Assembly (NCBI GenBank): GCA_963933835.1
Contig: CAWVVV010000001.1
Span: 448,001 to 512,000, forward strand
Source of the DNA: an uncultured Puniceicoccaceae bacterium
Lineage (GTDB): Bacteria; Verrucomicrobiota; Verrucomicrobiia; Opitutales; Oceanipulchritudinaceae
DNA length: 64,000 nucleotides
Direction of reading: 5' to 3'
Every line of letters starts with the position of its first letter. The first letter of the stretch is position 1. The position numbers and the translations under genes are program-made. The notes below the pieces were generated by a model. That model ran no database searches. It had not been told where the DNA came from and worked only from the letters and a program-made list of their open reading frames with translations. Positions 7,922-16,794 of this stretch are shown piece by piece.

Positions 7922-10063
7922 ATGCGCCTCAGTTACTTCACATCCTTTTGCCTCTTTATCACTCTCAGCCTGCAGAGCCTCAACGCTGCGCCCGTGCGTG
8001 ACATTCACGTCGAGGCCGAGCTTATCGCCCAAAATTTGAGCATCCAGCCCGGTGAAACCTTTACCGTCGGCCTACGGCTCGATCACGACGAACACTGGCA
8101 TACCTACTGGAAGTCCTCCGCCACGGGCTACGCGACTTCGGTCGAATGGGATCTTCCAGAGGGGTTCACTGCCAGCGATATTCAATGGCCGACACCCAAA
8201 CCCTATGCGCTGGGCGACTTCGTCGATTTTGTCTTCGAGGGCGAAATCATCCTCGAATTTGAGCTGACCGCCCCTGAAACCATCGCAGCTGGCGATCAAA
8301 TCACTTTAAACGCCTCCGCCGAATGGCTCATGTGCAAAGACACCTGCATACTAGGGAGCGCCGAGTTGAGCCTGAGTTTGCCGGTTTCGGATGATGCTTC
8401 AGCCCCCGACGCCCAATGGGCAGCACTCTTTGCTAAGAATGCTTCTAAAATGCCCCTCGCAGAGACCCCCTACTCGGCAACGGCATGGACGGAGGGCAAT
8501 AAAGTCTACCTCGCGGTGAGCGGTGATGAAGCCGTCCCAAGCGACCTCTACTTCTTCGACGATCAAATTTTCCTCAAACCTGTCGTCACGCAGCCTTCGC
8601 CAACACTCTCTGATGGCACTGTCGTGATTGAACTCGAAATCAATCCCGATGGCAGCGGCGAAGCTGACAGCCTGACCGGTGTGCTTTCGACGAGCGGCAG
8701 CTGGATAGCTGGCGCGCAACAAGCCGGATGGGCCCTCGATGTCGCGTGGGGTGAGCCGGTTAAAGCTGCGGTCACAAATGAAAGCGGCTCCGCAGACGAA
8801 GAGCCCACCAGCCTCCTCGGAATCATCGCCTTTGCTTTTATTGGCGGCCTCATTCTCAATCTCATGCCCTGTGTTTTTCCGGTTATCGGGATCAAGATCA
8901 TGGGCTTCGTTAATCAAGCGGGCGAAGATAAGAAAAAGATCGTCCTACACGGGCTTACCTTCACCGCAGGCGTGCTGATTTCGTTTTGGCTCCTCGCCGG
9001 CCTCCTCCTCATTTTGCGGAGCGGCGGCAACCAAGTTGGTTGGGGTTTCCAGCTCCAAAATCCAGCCTTCGTCTTTCTCCTCACTGCCTTCCTTTTTGCC
9101 TTCGGCCTGAACATGAGCGGTCTCTTCGAGATCGGAACCTCAGCAATCGGTGTCGGCAGCGGTCTGACTGCGAAATCCGGCCTCAGCGGCTCCTTCTTTT
9201 CTGGAGTCCTCGCCACCGTCGTAGCAACTCCGTGCGCCGCCCCATTCCTCGCTCCCGCTTTGGGCGTGGCACTCACGATTCCGCCCCTGCCCTCCCTGGT
9301 CCTATTCACCGCGATTGGACTCGGGCTCTCGACCCCCTACCTTCTGCTTTCGGCCTTCCCAAGTTTGATCAACAAGCTTCCGCGCCCCGGGCCATGGATG
9401 GAAACCTTCAAACAAGGCATGGCCTTCCTCCTTTATGCCACCGCTGGCTACCTCCTCTGGGTGCTCGTCGGGCAAATGGTCGAGGAACAAGGCTACGCCG
9501 TCGATGCCCTCCTCTGGTCGTTCTTCGCCCTCGTCCTCCTCGCCGTTGCGCTCTGGGTCTATGGCCGCTGGTGTGCGCCACATATGCCAAAGAAGACCCG
9601 CCGCATCGGCCTAGCTGTAGCGATCCTCGTCGGGCTCGGCGGGCTAGCCCTCGGGTATCCAAAGCAGGCCTACAACCCTGCCGCCTTAGCCGCAACCGAT
9701 GCCCCACCCGTGCAATGGGAAAAATGGGCTCCTGGCAAAGCCGAGGCACTCGCCGCTGACGGAAAGGTCGTCTACGTCGACTTCACCGCCCGCTGGTGCA
9801 CCACCTGTCAGGTAAACAAGAAAGCTGTCTTTAGTTCCGCCGAGGTCCGCCGCTTCTTCGCTGAAAACGACGTCGTCGCCCTCAAAGCCGACTGGACAAG
9901 CAAAGACGCTACCATCGCCCAAGCCATCGAGTCCTACGGGCGCGCGGCCGTGCCGCTAAATCTCATCTTCAGTCCTTCCCTCGAAGAGGAGATTCAACTC
10001 CCCGAGCTCCTCACGCCAGGTGTTGTCCTGAATGCGCTGGAGAGAGCGAAGAGCCAACCCTAG
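7922..10063 (+). CDS. dsbD: Protein-disulfide reductase DsbD family (N-terminal domain, TM domain, thioredoxin domain)
   Basis: WHTYWK; WLMCKDTC; TM cysteines in NLMPCVFP and TPCAAP; C-terminal DFTARWCTTC. Confidence 0.88.
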   Translation: MRLSYFTSFCLFITLSLQSLNAAPVRDIHVEAELIAQNLSIQPGETFTVGLRLDHDEHWHTYWKSSATGYATSVEWDLPEGFTASDIQWPTPKPYALGDFVDFVFEGEIILEFELTAPETIAAGDQITLNASAEWLMCKDTCILGSAELSLSLPVSDDASAPDAQWAALFAKNASKMPLAETPYSATAWTEGNKVYLAVSGDEAVPSDLYFFDDQIFLKPVVTQPSPTLSDGTVVIELEINPDGSGEADSLTGVLSTSGSWIAGAQQAGWALDVAWGEPVKAAVTNESGSADEEPTSLLGIIAFAFIGGLILNLMPCVFPVIGIKIMGFVNQAGEDKKKIVLHGLTFTAGVLISFWLLAGLLLILRSGGNQVGWGFQLQNPAFVFLLTAFLFAFGLNMSGLFEIGTSAIGVGSGLTAKSGLSGSFFSGVLATVVATPCAAPFLAPALGVALTIPPLPSLVLFTAIGLGLSTPYLLLSAFPSLINKLPRPGPWMETFKQGMAFLLYATAGYLLWVLVGQMVEEQGYAVDALLWSFFALVLLAVALWVYGRWCAPHMPKKTRRIGLAVAILVGLGGLALGYPKQAYNPAALAATDAPPVQWEKWAPGKAEALAADGKVVYVDFTARWCTTCQVNKKAVFSSAEVRRFFAENDVVALKADWTSKDATIAQAIESYGRAAVPLNLIFSPSLEEEIQLPELLTPGVVLNALERAKSQP

Positions 10064-10126
10064 AGCTCGCATGCGGGGACAACCAAGCTGTATCCAAGTT
10101 ATACAGAAACAACCTTTTTGACCGAG

Positions 10127-10393
10127 ATGAAAACGGCCCTATTGATTTCGATATTAGCTATAGCCTTCTATTCGACACTGAAGGTCTCCGCTCAGCCAAC
10201 CATCTACGGTGTCCAGAGCCGCGCGTCCTCGCCCAATTTCCAGCTCTTCAACCATATCAATGACGACTCCACTATCGCCAATCCGGATGCTCCTCTTTTC
10301 GTTTTAGCCGGCGGCATCCATGGAGCCGCATTTAAGGATGAAGTCTTCTATGGGGTAGAATTAGAAAACGGAGCTGGGTGGGATTTTCTATGA
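10127..10393 (+). CDS. Secreted hypothetical protein, apparently truncated at the 3' end
   Basis: Signal peptide MKTALLISILAIAFYSTLKVSA; ends after 88 aa while overlapping a convergent truncated ORF. Confidence 0.45.
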   Translation: MKTALLISILAIAFYSTLKVSAQPTIYGVQSRASSPNFQLFNHINDDSTIANPDAPLFVLAGGIHGAAFKDEVFYGVELENGAGWDFL

Positions 10394-10817
10394 AGAAGGC
10401 AGAGAGGATGTGGTAGCTGTTATCGGTTGCGTCGCCTTCTACGCCGATGTCGCCGGAGAGGATGGTTGCGTTTGTAGTCACTCTAGCCTGGGAAAGCAGA
10501 GTTTCGCTGCCTGCGAAGCCGCCGTAGATGCTTACGCCTTCCCTGAGGGAGAACGTTGCGGAGCGGTTGCCGACTGTCTGGCTACCGCCTTCGTCCGGGT
10601 AGTAGGTGCCTGCTGCGACCCAGATCTCGTCGCCGGAGACGGCGAGCGCGAGGGCGTCTTGGAGGTTTTGAGAAGCGGTCTCCCAGGTGCTGTAAGGACT
10701 GGCGCTGGAGGCGGGGGCGATGCTCGCATTGACGTAAAGGCGGGCCGACGGGAGGGTGGCTGCGGCGGTGCCGAGCGTGAGGAGGAAGGCGGCGGCGAGA
10801 ATTCGACAGAGTTTCAT
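10332..10817 (-). CDS. N-terminal fragment of a secreted right-handed beta-helix (pectin lyase-like) surface protein
   Basis: Signal peptide, then LQDALALAVSGDEIWVAAGTYYP...SIYGGFAGSET...TILSGDIG...DNSYHI, the usual N-terminal cap of large beta-helix proteins. Similarity stops near 10390. Confidence 0.7.
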   Translation of the reverse strand: MKLCRILAAAFLLTLGTAAATLPSARLYVNASIAPASSASPYSTWETASQNLQDALALAVSGDEIWVAAGTYYPDEGGSQTVGNRSATFSLREGVSIYGGFAGSETLLSQARVTTNATILSGDIGVEGDATDNSYHILSAFFIENPTQLRFLILPHRRLHP

Positions 10818-11212
10818 AAGAACGGAGCGATCTAAAAAGAGACTAAATGAGCACAGCAGGGAGTGTGTTGAGTTGGAAGAGAGGTAAGGAAACACGCAAT
10901 GTATTTATAAGAATCCCACAGCCTATAAGTGCTCATCATATAATCGAGAGGCTCTCGCCTCCAAAGCCCTAAAATGGGGCCGTCCACTAATTTCACCTTC
11001 CTCACCGTTCCCCATCTATTCCCTTTCAAGCATCTCCGCGTGAGGCAGTTGATGACTTGTCTCATGATTCACGGGTTCACTAGCGCCAGTCGTCGTGCTG
11101 GACTCGCGGGAGAAGGCGAAGGGGAATCTCTAACGAAGCGCCCAGCTCCCCCTAAGAGGAGATGGCAGACCCCTCTTCCTCTCCCTCCGTGCCTATAGCA
11201 CCCGCGCTATAG

Positions 11213-11237
11213 GTAGGGCCGCTTGTCCCCAAGCGGC
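11213..11237 (+). repeat. GTAG-type REP-like palindrome
   Basis: GTAG-G-GCCGCTTG-TCCC-CAAGCGGC: GTAG tetranucleotide followed by a perfect 8-bp stem, downstream of purC. Confidence 0.5.
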
Positions 11238-11277
11238 TGTCACGAGGAACGTTCAGTAAGCGTAGTCGCTTTCCGTC

Positions 11278-12192
11278 CTACCCTACGATCTTCCCAAACG
11301 CCTTGAGGTAGAGCTCGCGGGTGTTGTCGATGACGTGCGCTGGCAACGACGGGCCCGGCGCGGTCTTGTCCCAGTCGAGGGTCTCGAGAAAGTCGCGCAC
11401 GTATTGCTTATCGAAAGCCGGCTGAGTTTTACCCGGCTCATAGACGGGTGCAGGCCAGAAACGCGAACTGTCTGGCGTGAGCACTTCGTCGATCAAGCAA
11501 AGCGTTCCATCGATATCAAAGCCGAACTCGAATTTTGTGTCCGCGAGGATGAGACCTGCGTTCTTCGCGGCGGCATTTCCGAGGGCATAGAGCTCTAGGC
11601 TGATCTCGCGGGTCTGCGCAAAGACGGCCTCACCCACAAGCGCCCCTCCTTCCGGCACCGTCACGGGCATATCGTGATCACCCACCGCGGCCTTCGTCGT
11701 GGGGGTGAAGAGCGGTAAAGGCAACTTTGCCGACTCGCCAAGGCCTTGCGGCAATTCCTGACCAAACAGGTTTCCATGCGCCAGATAGTGCTTCCATCCA
11801 CTGCCCGAGAGGTAGCCGCGGACGACGGCCTCGAGCGGCAGTGGTTTCATCTTCCGAACGAGCATCGAGCGCGCGATGAAAGCGGGAAAGTCCTTCAACA
11901 GGGCCGCCAGCTTTAGATCGTGATCTGGAACGAGGTGGTTCGGCACGATCTTCGTAATTTCCCCGAACCAATGCAGACTGAATTGGGTCAAGATAACGCC
12001 TTTCCCTGGAATCCCATCGGGCAGAACGACATCAAAAGCCGAAAGCCGATCGGTCGCGATGATAAGAAGCGTCTCACGATCGACCTCAAAGATTTCCCGC
12101 ACTTTACCCGAAGCGAGATGACGGAAGGGAAGCTCGGGAAGCTCTAATAATGCCGTCTCCGGGAGACGTGAGCGCAGTTCAGCAAGATTCAT
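11278..12192 (-). CDS. purC: Phosphoribosylaminoimidazole-succinocarboxamide (SAICAR) synthase
   Basis: GKVREIF, TDRLSAFD, EAVVRGYLSGS, LADTKFEFG, DEVLTPDSSRFW, DKQYVRD. Confidence 0.97.
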   Translation of the reverse strand: MNLAELRSRLPETALLELPELPFRHLASGKVREIFEVDRETLLIIATDRLSAFDVVLPDGIPGKGVILTQFSLHWFGEITKIVPNHLVPDHDLKLAALLKDFPAFIARSMLVRKMKPLPLEAVVRGYLSGSGWKHYLAHGNLFGQELPQGLGESAKLPLPLFTPTTKAAVGDHDMPVTVPEGGALVGEAVFAQTREISLELYALGNAAAKNAGLILADTKFEFGFDIDGTLCLIDEVLTPDSSRFWPAPVYEPGKTQPAFDKQYVRDFLETLDWDKTAPGPSLPAHVIDNTRELYLKAFGKIVG

Positions 12193-12270
12193 GGATAGAT
12201 ATATCTAATTCAAGGAAACCGAGGAAAATGAACTGAAACGCATCTGCGGCAATTTTTTTAGGAAAAAGAC

Positions 12271-12298
12271 TTGCTCGTCCACCTTCCTAAAGTAGCTT
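12271..12298 (+). promoter_or_regulatory. Candidate sigma70 promoter for tRNA-Glu
   Basis: TTGCTC-16 nt-TAGCTT, about 16 nt upstream of the tRNA and preceded by A/T tracts. Confidence 0.35.
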
Positions 12299-12314
12299 CC
12301 TCCCTCTTCACCGT

Positions 12315-12392
<78 letters not shown>

Positions 12393-12487
12393 TTTTTAAA
12401 AAATGGCATCCGTAGCTCAGAGACACGAAGAACAGGAAGTTTAGCACGACAACTTCTGTTCAAATCACTCCAAGAGCGCAAAACCCG

Positions 12488-12925
12488 CTATTCGCGGATT
12501 TCATCCTTGATCGCATATAAACTACGCGAGGCTTCAAAGGCAGAGTTTAGCAGTGCGATGCAGATCAGAAGCATACCTGAAACGAAGCTTATGACTGTTC
12601 CCATTAGGAATGAGAAAGGCGTCAGTATCGTTGCGGTGAAGAATCCAATCGAGAGCAGAAAGCAGAGCATCGCGAGGTAATGTCCGGCGACGCTATTGCG
12701 GAGCATCCAAGCCCGGCGTTGTAGAAACTCAAGCTGGCCAAAGTGCTTTTGTTGCGTCGCTTCATCCTCCGATCCCAAATGGGCCGACATCGCTCGAATC
12801 GTCTGAACGACACGACTGTAACGGGTCTGAAGGGCCCACACCAGCGTGGCGCACGAGGTAATGAGGAGAAAGGGCGACAGTGCAGTCGTAAACTGCAATA
12901 GAACACCAGCGCCTAACTCCTCCAC
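12488..12925 (-). CDS. DUF2721-like membrane protein (tandem paralog 2)
   Basis: Pattern ALSP.LLITS...LQTRYSRVV..IR...L.RRAWMLRNS followed by two TM helices. GTG start chosen at 12925. Confidence 0.65.
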   Translation of the reverse strand: MEELGAGVLLQFTTALSPFLLITSCATLVWALQTRYSRVVQTIRAMSAHLGSEDEATQQKHFGQLEFLQRRAWMLRNSVAGHYLAMLCFLLSIGFFTATILTPFSFLMGTVISFVSGMLLICIALLNSAFEASRSLYAIKDEIRE

Positions 12926-13374
12926 TCTTTCGCCTCCAAACACACGATTTGGAAGGAAAGCAAGGCCTCCCAGGTTGCGATCAGAATGCCGCTAAAAAGC
13001 GATAAGAGGGCTAGAACAAAGGCGATGAGTGATACGACCGGAGGCACGAACACCCCGATAAATGGCAGACCAAGCCCAAGCGACGCACAGACGAGGAAAA
13101 AGATCGTGAGGTAAAACGCACAGATCGAGTTACGCACTAAACGAGCGCGGCGCATGAGCGATTCCATCTGCGCGCGCAACCTCACCTTACGTTTTGTCGG
13201 CAAATCTTCAGTCCCTTCGGCCAAACTCTCCACATGCATCTGACGCAGGGTTGCGACCAAAGTGCTATACTTTGACTGCAAGCCTGCGAGCAACAGCCCG
13301 ACACCCGTAAAGACGACGGCAGGCGCAAGCGAGGCGTTGATAAAAGAAACGGTCGATTCAAGAGTGAGACTCAA
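12913..13374 (-). CDS. DUF2721-like membrane protein (tandem paralog 1)
   Basis: ASLAPAVVFTGVGLLL..LQSKYSTLV..LR...LMRRARLVRNS followed by two TM helices. Confidence 0.7.
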   Translation of the reverse strand: MSLTLESTVSFINASLAPAVVFTGVGLLLAGLQSKYSTLVATLRQMHVESLAEGTEDLPTKRKVRLRAQMESLMRRARLVRNSICAFYLTIFFLVCASLGLGLPFIGVFVPPVVSLIAFVLALLSLFSGILIATWEALLSFQIVCLEAKEWRS

Positions 13375-13401
13375 GGGGGCCTTGTTCGAAAGTGTCGCTG
13401 A

Positions 13402-13971
13402 CTACTCTGCTGCCGCCGGAGCGGGAGGAGGAGCCATCGGCGGGCCGGATGGACCCATGTTGTGCGGGAGCAAAAGTAGGCGTGACCAGCGAGCCTCTGA
13501 TGTCGTCGTGCCGTCTGCGGCGGCGGCCTTGCCATGAATCGTGATGGTAGCTCCCGCTGGGATCGCTGTCTTGGGCCACATCAACATCGTTTTCCGCTTT
13601 GTATCCGCTTCAGTGCGAGCAACTTTCACTCGCTTCTTTTCCAGCATGGTGTCGTTCACTTCGACCCAAAAAGTCGAGGTGCCCGCCAAACTGAGTCCCG
13701 CATCGACGACGACGGTGTAGGAGCCGCCAATCGGAAGTCGGATCGAGGCAGACGCTTCGGTGTGCTCGGGGAGGTCGAGTGTCATCCATTTCTCGGCGTC
13801 ATATTTAAAATTCGATTCACTCAGATCGAACATATCGGCTGAGAAAGTCACCGCGCCTGGGACCGTTGAGAGATCCGGCAAGACGAAGTCCGCTGGTGGT
13901 TTGCCCGATGGCTGAGCCAGTAAAGAACCGGCCACAACGGTCGCGGCGAGAAGAGATAAAAGTAGTTTCAT
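13402..13971 (-). CDS. Secreted hypothetical protein with beta-sandwich-like core and Pro/Ala-rich tail
   Basis: Signal peptide MKLLLSLLAATVVAGSLLA; beta-rich body; tail GPSGPPMAPPPAPAAAE. Confidence 0.6.
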   Translation of the reverse strand: MKLLLSLLAATVVAGSLLAQPSGKPPADFVLPDLSTVPGAVTFSADMFDLSESNFKYDAEKWMTLDLPEHTEASASIRLPIGGSYTVVVDAGLSLAGTSTFWVEVNDTMLEKKRVKVARTEADTKRKTMLMWPKTAIPAGATITIHGKAAAADGTTTSEARWSRLLLLPHNMGPSGPPMAPPPAPAAAE

Positions 13972-14150
13972 TGGGGCAGAGGGGATCAGAGCTATCATTG
14001 TTTACGAGGAGTTAGATATGTGACGCCGGTCTAAGCAAGCTTCAGCGCGCAATTCTATAGATGCACTAAACCCTAAAGGCGTTCAGTCAAAGCGTTCGAA
14101 AATTGCGCTATTGAATCGCCGCTTCGTTTCGGACGATATCAGATCTCATC

Positions 14151-15053
14151 GTGAGCAGCTTCTCCATAACCCATTTACTCGCAAAACTCGTGCTGCTCGC
14201 ACTCGTTTCTGCCCTATCGACAAACCGAAGCGATGGAGCTTCGGCCGTGGTTACGACAGATTTCGAGCAAGGGCTTGGTCCATGGCAAGCGCTCTCAGAA
14301 GGCCTCTGGGAACTACAGGATATTGATGGCAATACCGTCGCCGCCCTCGTTGAAACAGGGGTCGATCGCCCACCCGTTCGGCGCCCTCAAGCCTACATCC
14401 TTTTAACTCAGCATGCTTTTCTTGACTTTACGATAACCGCCCGGGTCCAGTCGCTCGAGCCGAATACTCAGCTCGGGCGTGATGTTGTAGTGATTTTCGG
14501 CTACATCGACGATACGCACTACTATTACGCGCATTTAGCAAACAGCAACATTGGCACTTACCACAACATCATCGTTAAAGTGTCAGGTGATACGCGTGCG
14601 ATCATACAAAATAAAGCCAAGCCCGAGGCACGACTTTTTGATGGCTGGCAGGCTGTTAAAGTCACCCGAGACACCGAAGGTAATATCGCAGTTTTCATGG
14701 GTGATTTCGGAACCCCGATCATGACGGCTACTGAGATCGACTACCCTCTTGGGACGATCGGCTTCGGTTCCTTTGATGGCCGCGCGCTTTTTGACGACAT
14801 CCACGTCGAAGGAACACCTCCTGATTCGCTAACGATCGAACGACCGACAACACAGAGCGTAACGAGTGTCCATTACACCGTATACGAAGGCATTCCTGTA
14901 ACGATCGAGAGCTCCGCTGATTTCAGCAATTGGAGCCCGCTCTTCGAGCCAGTCACAACGCTCTTCACAAGCGTCCAGAGCTATGCACTGCCCACTCCGA
15001 TCAATACACCGACTTTCTTCCGAGTGGACTACGTATATCCTGCGCCCCTATAG
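14151..15053 (+). CDS. Secreted lectin/LamG-like domain protein with a verrucomicrobial-type C-terminal domain
   Basis: Signal peptide; DFEQG...DFTITARV...VVIFGYIDDTHYYY...GTIGFGSFD..ALFDDIHV (concanavalin-like); C-terminal IESSADFSNW...FFRV. Confidence 0.6.
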   Translation: MSSFSITHLLAKLVLLALVSALSTNRSDGASAVVTTDFEQGLGPWQALSEGLWELQDIDGNTVAALVETGVDRPPVRRPQAYILLTQHAFLDFTITARVQSLEPNTQLGRDVVVIFGYIDDTHYYYAHLANSNIGTYHNIIVKVSGDTRAIIQNKAKPEARLFDGWQAVKVTRDTEGNIAVFMGDFGTPIMTATEIDYPLGTIGFGSFDGRALFDDIHVEGTPPDSLTIERPTTQSVTSVHYTVYEGIPVTIESSADFSNWSPLFEPVTTLFTSVQSYALPTPINTPTFFRVDYVYPAPL

Positions 15054-15171
15054 ACCTTGGGTTAAGTTTTCGGGTAATATTCAGGCATAATTGGCTAGGT
15101 AATGTGGCCTAAAAAACCCCACCACTTACATTGACCCCAGCCAAACACTACTGAATAAGGGCTCTAACATT

Positions 15172-16794
15172 ATGGACAAAAAGCCTTTTTCAGAGCTGGG
15201 ACTATCCCCAGAAACCCTCAAAGCCGTCTCTTCGATGGGCTTTGAGGAAGCCTCACCGATTCAATCTGCCGCCATTCCCGTGCTCATGAAGGGAGGCGAT
15301 GTTGTCGGCCAATCCCAAACAGGTTCAGGTAAAACAGCCGCTTTCGCGATCCCTGCGATCGAGCGGGTCGACACCCATTCAAAGGCCACCCAGGTTCTCA
15401 TCCTTTGCCCGACACGCGAACTCGCTGTTCAAGTCGCGGAAGAGACCGCCAAGCTCGCCGTAAACTTTAAAGGCCTGCGTGAACTTCCTGTCTACGGCGG
15501 GCAGTCCTACGAACGTCAGTTCCGCGGCCTCAAAGCGGGTGCCCATATCGTTATCGGGACTCCAGGCCGCGTCCTCGACCACATCGAGAAAGGCACTCTC
15601 AAGCTCGGTGAGATCAAGACCGTCATCCTTGACGAGGCCGACCGCATGCTCGACATGGGCTTCATGGAGGACATGCAGAACATTCTTTCCTTCATGCCGA
15701 AAACGCGCCAGACGGTGCTCTTTTCCGCCACTGTTCCCAAGCCGATCGAGCGCTTGATCAAAGAGTTCACAAATAATCCTTCGTGGGTCAAAATCGAGTC
15801 TAAGGAACTCACGGTTCCCCTCATCGAACAAGTCTGGTACGAAGTCTCTCGCCGCACGAAAGTCGAAGCTCTGTGCCGCATCATTGACAGCGAAGACATC
15901 GGCTACGCCGTCATTTTCTGTGCGACGAAGATGATGGTCGATGAACTCGTAGAACACCTTCTCGCCCGGGGCTACCCCGCTGACCGTCTACACGGCGACT
16001 TGAGCCAGCCCTTGCGCGAACGCGTCATGAGCCGCTTCCGCAATCGCTCAATCGAATTTCTCGTCGCAACCGACGTGGCTGCGCGGGGTCTCGATGTCAA
16101 AGATGTGGAAGTCGTCTTCAATTTCGACCTCCCGAACGATGGTGAAGACTACGTTCACCGCGTCGGCCGCACTGGGCGCGCCGGGAGCAAAGGCAAGGCG
16201 ATCACCTTCGTAGCCGGGAAAGAAGTCTATAAGCTGCAGAACATCATCAAGTTCACCAAAGGCAAAATCCGCCGTGAACAAGTGCCTACGATCGAGCAGA
16301 TCGAAGAACGCCGATCGAATGTCTTCTTTGAAAGTCTGCGCGGTCTCCTCGAAGAGGGGAACTTCAAATCTTTCGACCACTTCACTGACCGTCTCCTTGA
16401 GCAGGGCTATTCACCGACTGCGATCATTTCCGCTCTCGTCCATCTGCGCGAACAAGAGAATCCGAAAGTCAGCAAAACTGGGACCAAAGACATCGACTTT
16501 TCCGACACCAAACCGAAGCGGGATCGTGGCTTCAGCAAGGGCCCTTCAAACAAGAGCTACGGAAAGAAAAGGACCTTCAGCAGAAGGGGCGATGGTCCTG
16601 CACCTCGCCTCAATCGTGATCGAAAAGACAGCTATTCCGGTGGCGAAGGTTCAGGTGAAAAGAAACCGTACGAAAAGCATGGGCCGAAGAAAAAGTTCGA
16701 AGGGGCATCTTCATACGGTGGGGGAAAATTCGGAACCTTCAAAAACGCAAAGAAGAAGACCTTCGAGTTTAAGCATAAGCCGCGCGAAGACTAA
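15172..16794 (+). CDS. DEAD-box ATP-dependent RNA helicase (DeaD/CshA-like)
   Basis: Q motif, QTGSGKT, PTRELA, TPGR, DEAD, SAT, ARGLD, HRVGRTGRAG; Lys/Gly-rich basic tail. Confidence 0.95.
   Translation: MDKKPFSELGLSPETLKAVSSMGFEEASPIQSAAIPVLMKGGDVVGQSQTGSGKTAAFAIPAIERVDTHSKATQVLILCPTRELAVQVAEETAKLAVNFKGLRELPVYGGQSYERQFRGLKAGAHIVIGTPGRVLDHIEKGTLKLGEIKTVILDEADRMLDMGFMEDMQNILSFMPKTRQTVLFSATVPKPIERLIKEFTNNPSWVKIESKELTVPLIEQVWYEVSRRTKVEALCRIIDSEDIGYAVIFCATKMMVDELVEHLLARGYPADRLHGDLSQPLRERVMSRFRNRSIEFLVATDVAARGLDVKDVEVVFNFDLPNDGEDYVHRVGRTGRAGSKGKAITFVAGKEVYKLQNIIKFTKGKIRREQVPTIEQIEERRSNVFFESLRGLLEEGNFKSFDHFTDRLLEQGYSPTAIISALVHLREQENPKVSKTGTKDIDFSDTKPKRDRGFSKGPSNKSYGKKRTFSRRGDGPAPRLNRDRKDSYSGGEGSGEKKPYEKHGPKKKFEGASSYGGGKFGTFKNAKKKTFEFKHKPRED

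Noticed and set aside
8986..9759. Long alternative-frame and antisense ORFs (e.g. 8986-9759, 19459-20172, 36210-36893, 62893-63504)
   Set aside because: These are shadow ORFs of GC-rich coding genes, with no recognisable motifs.
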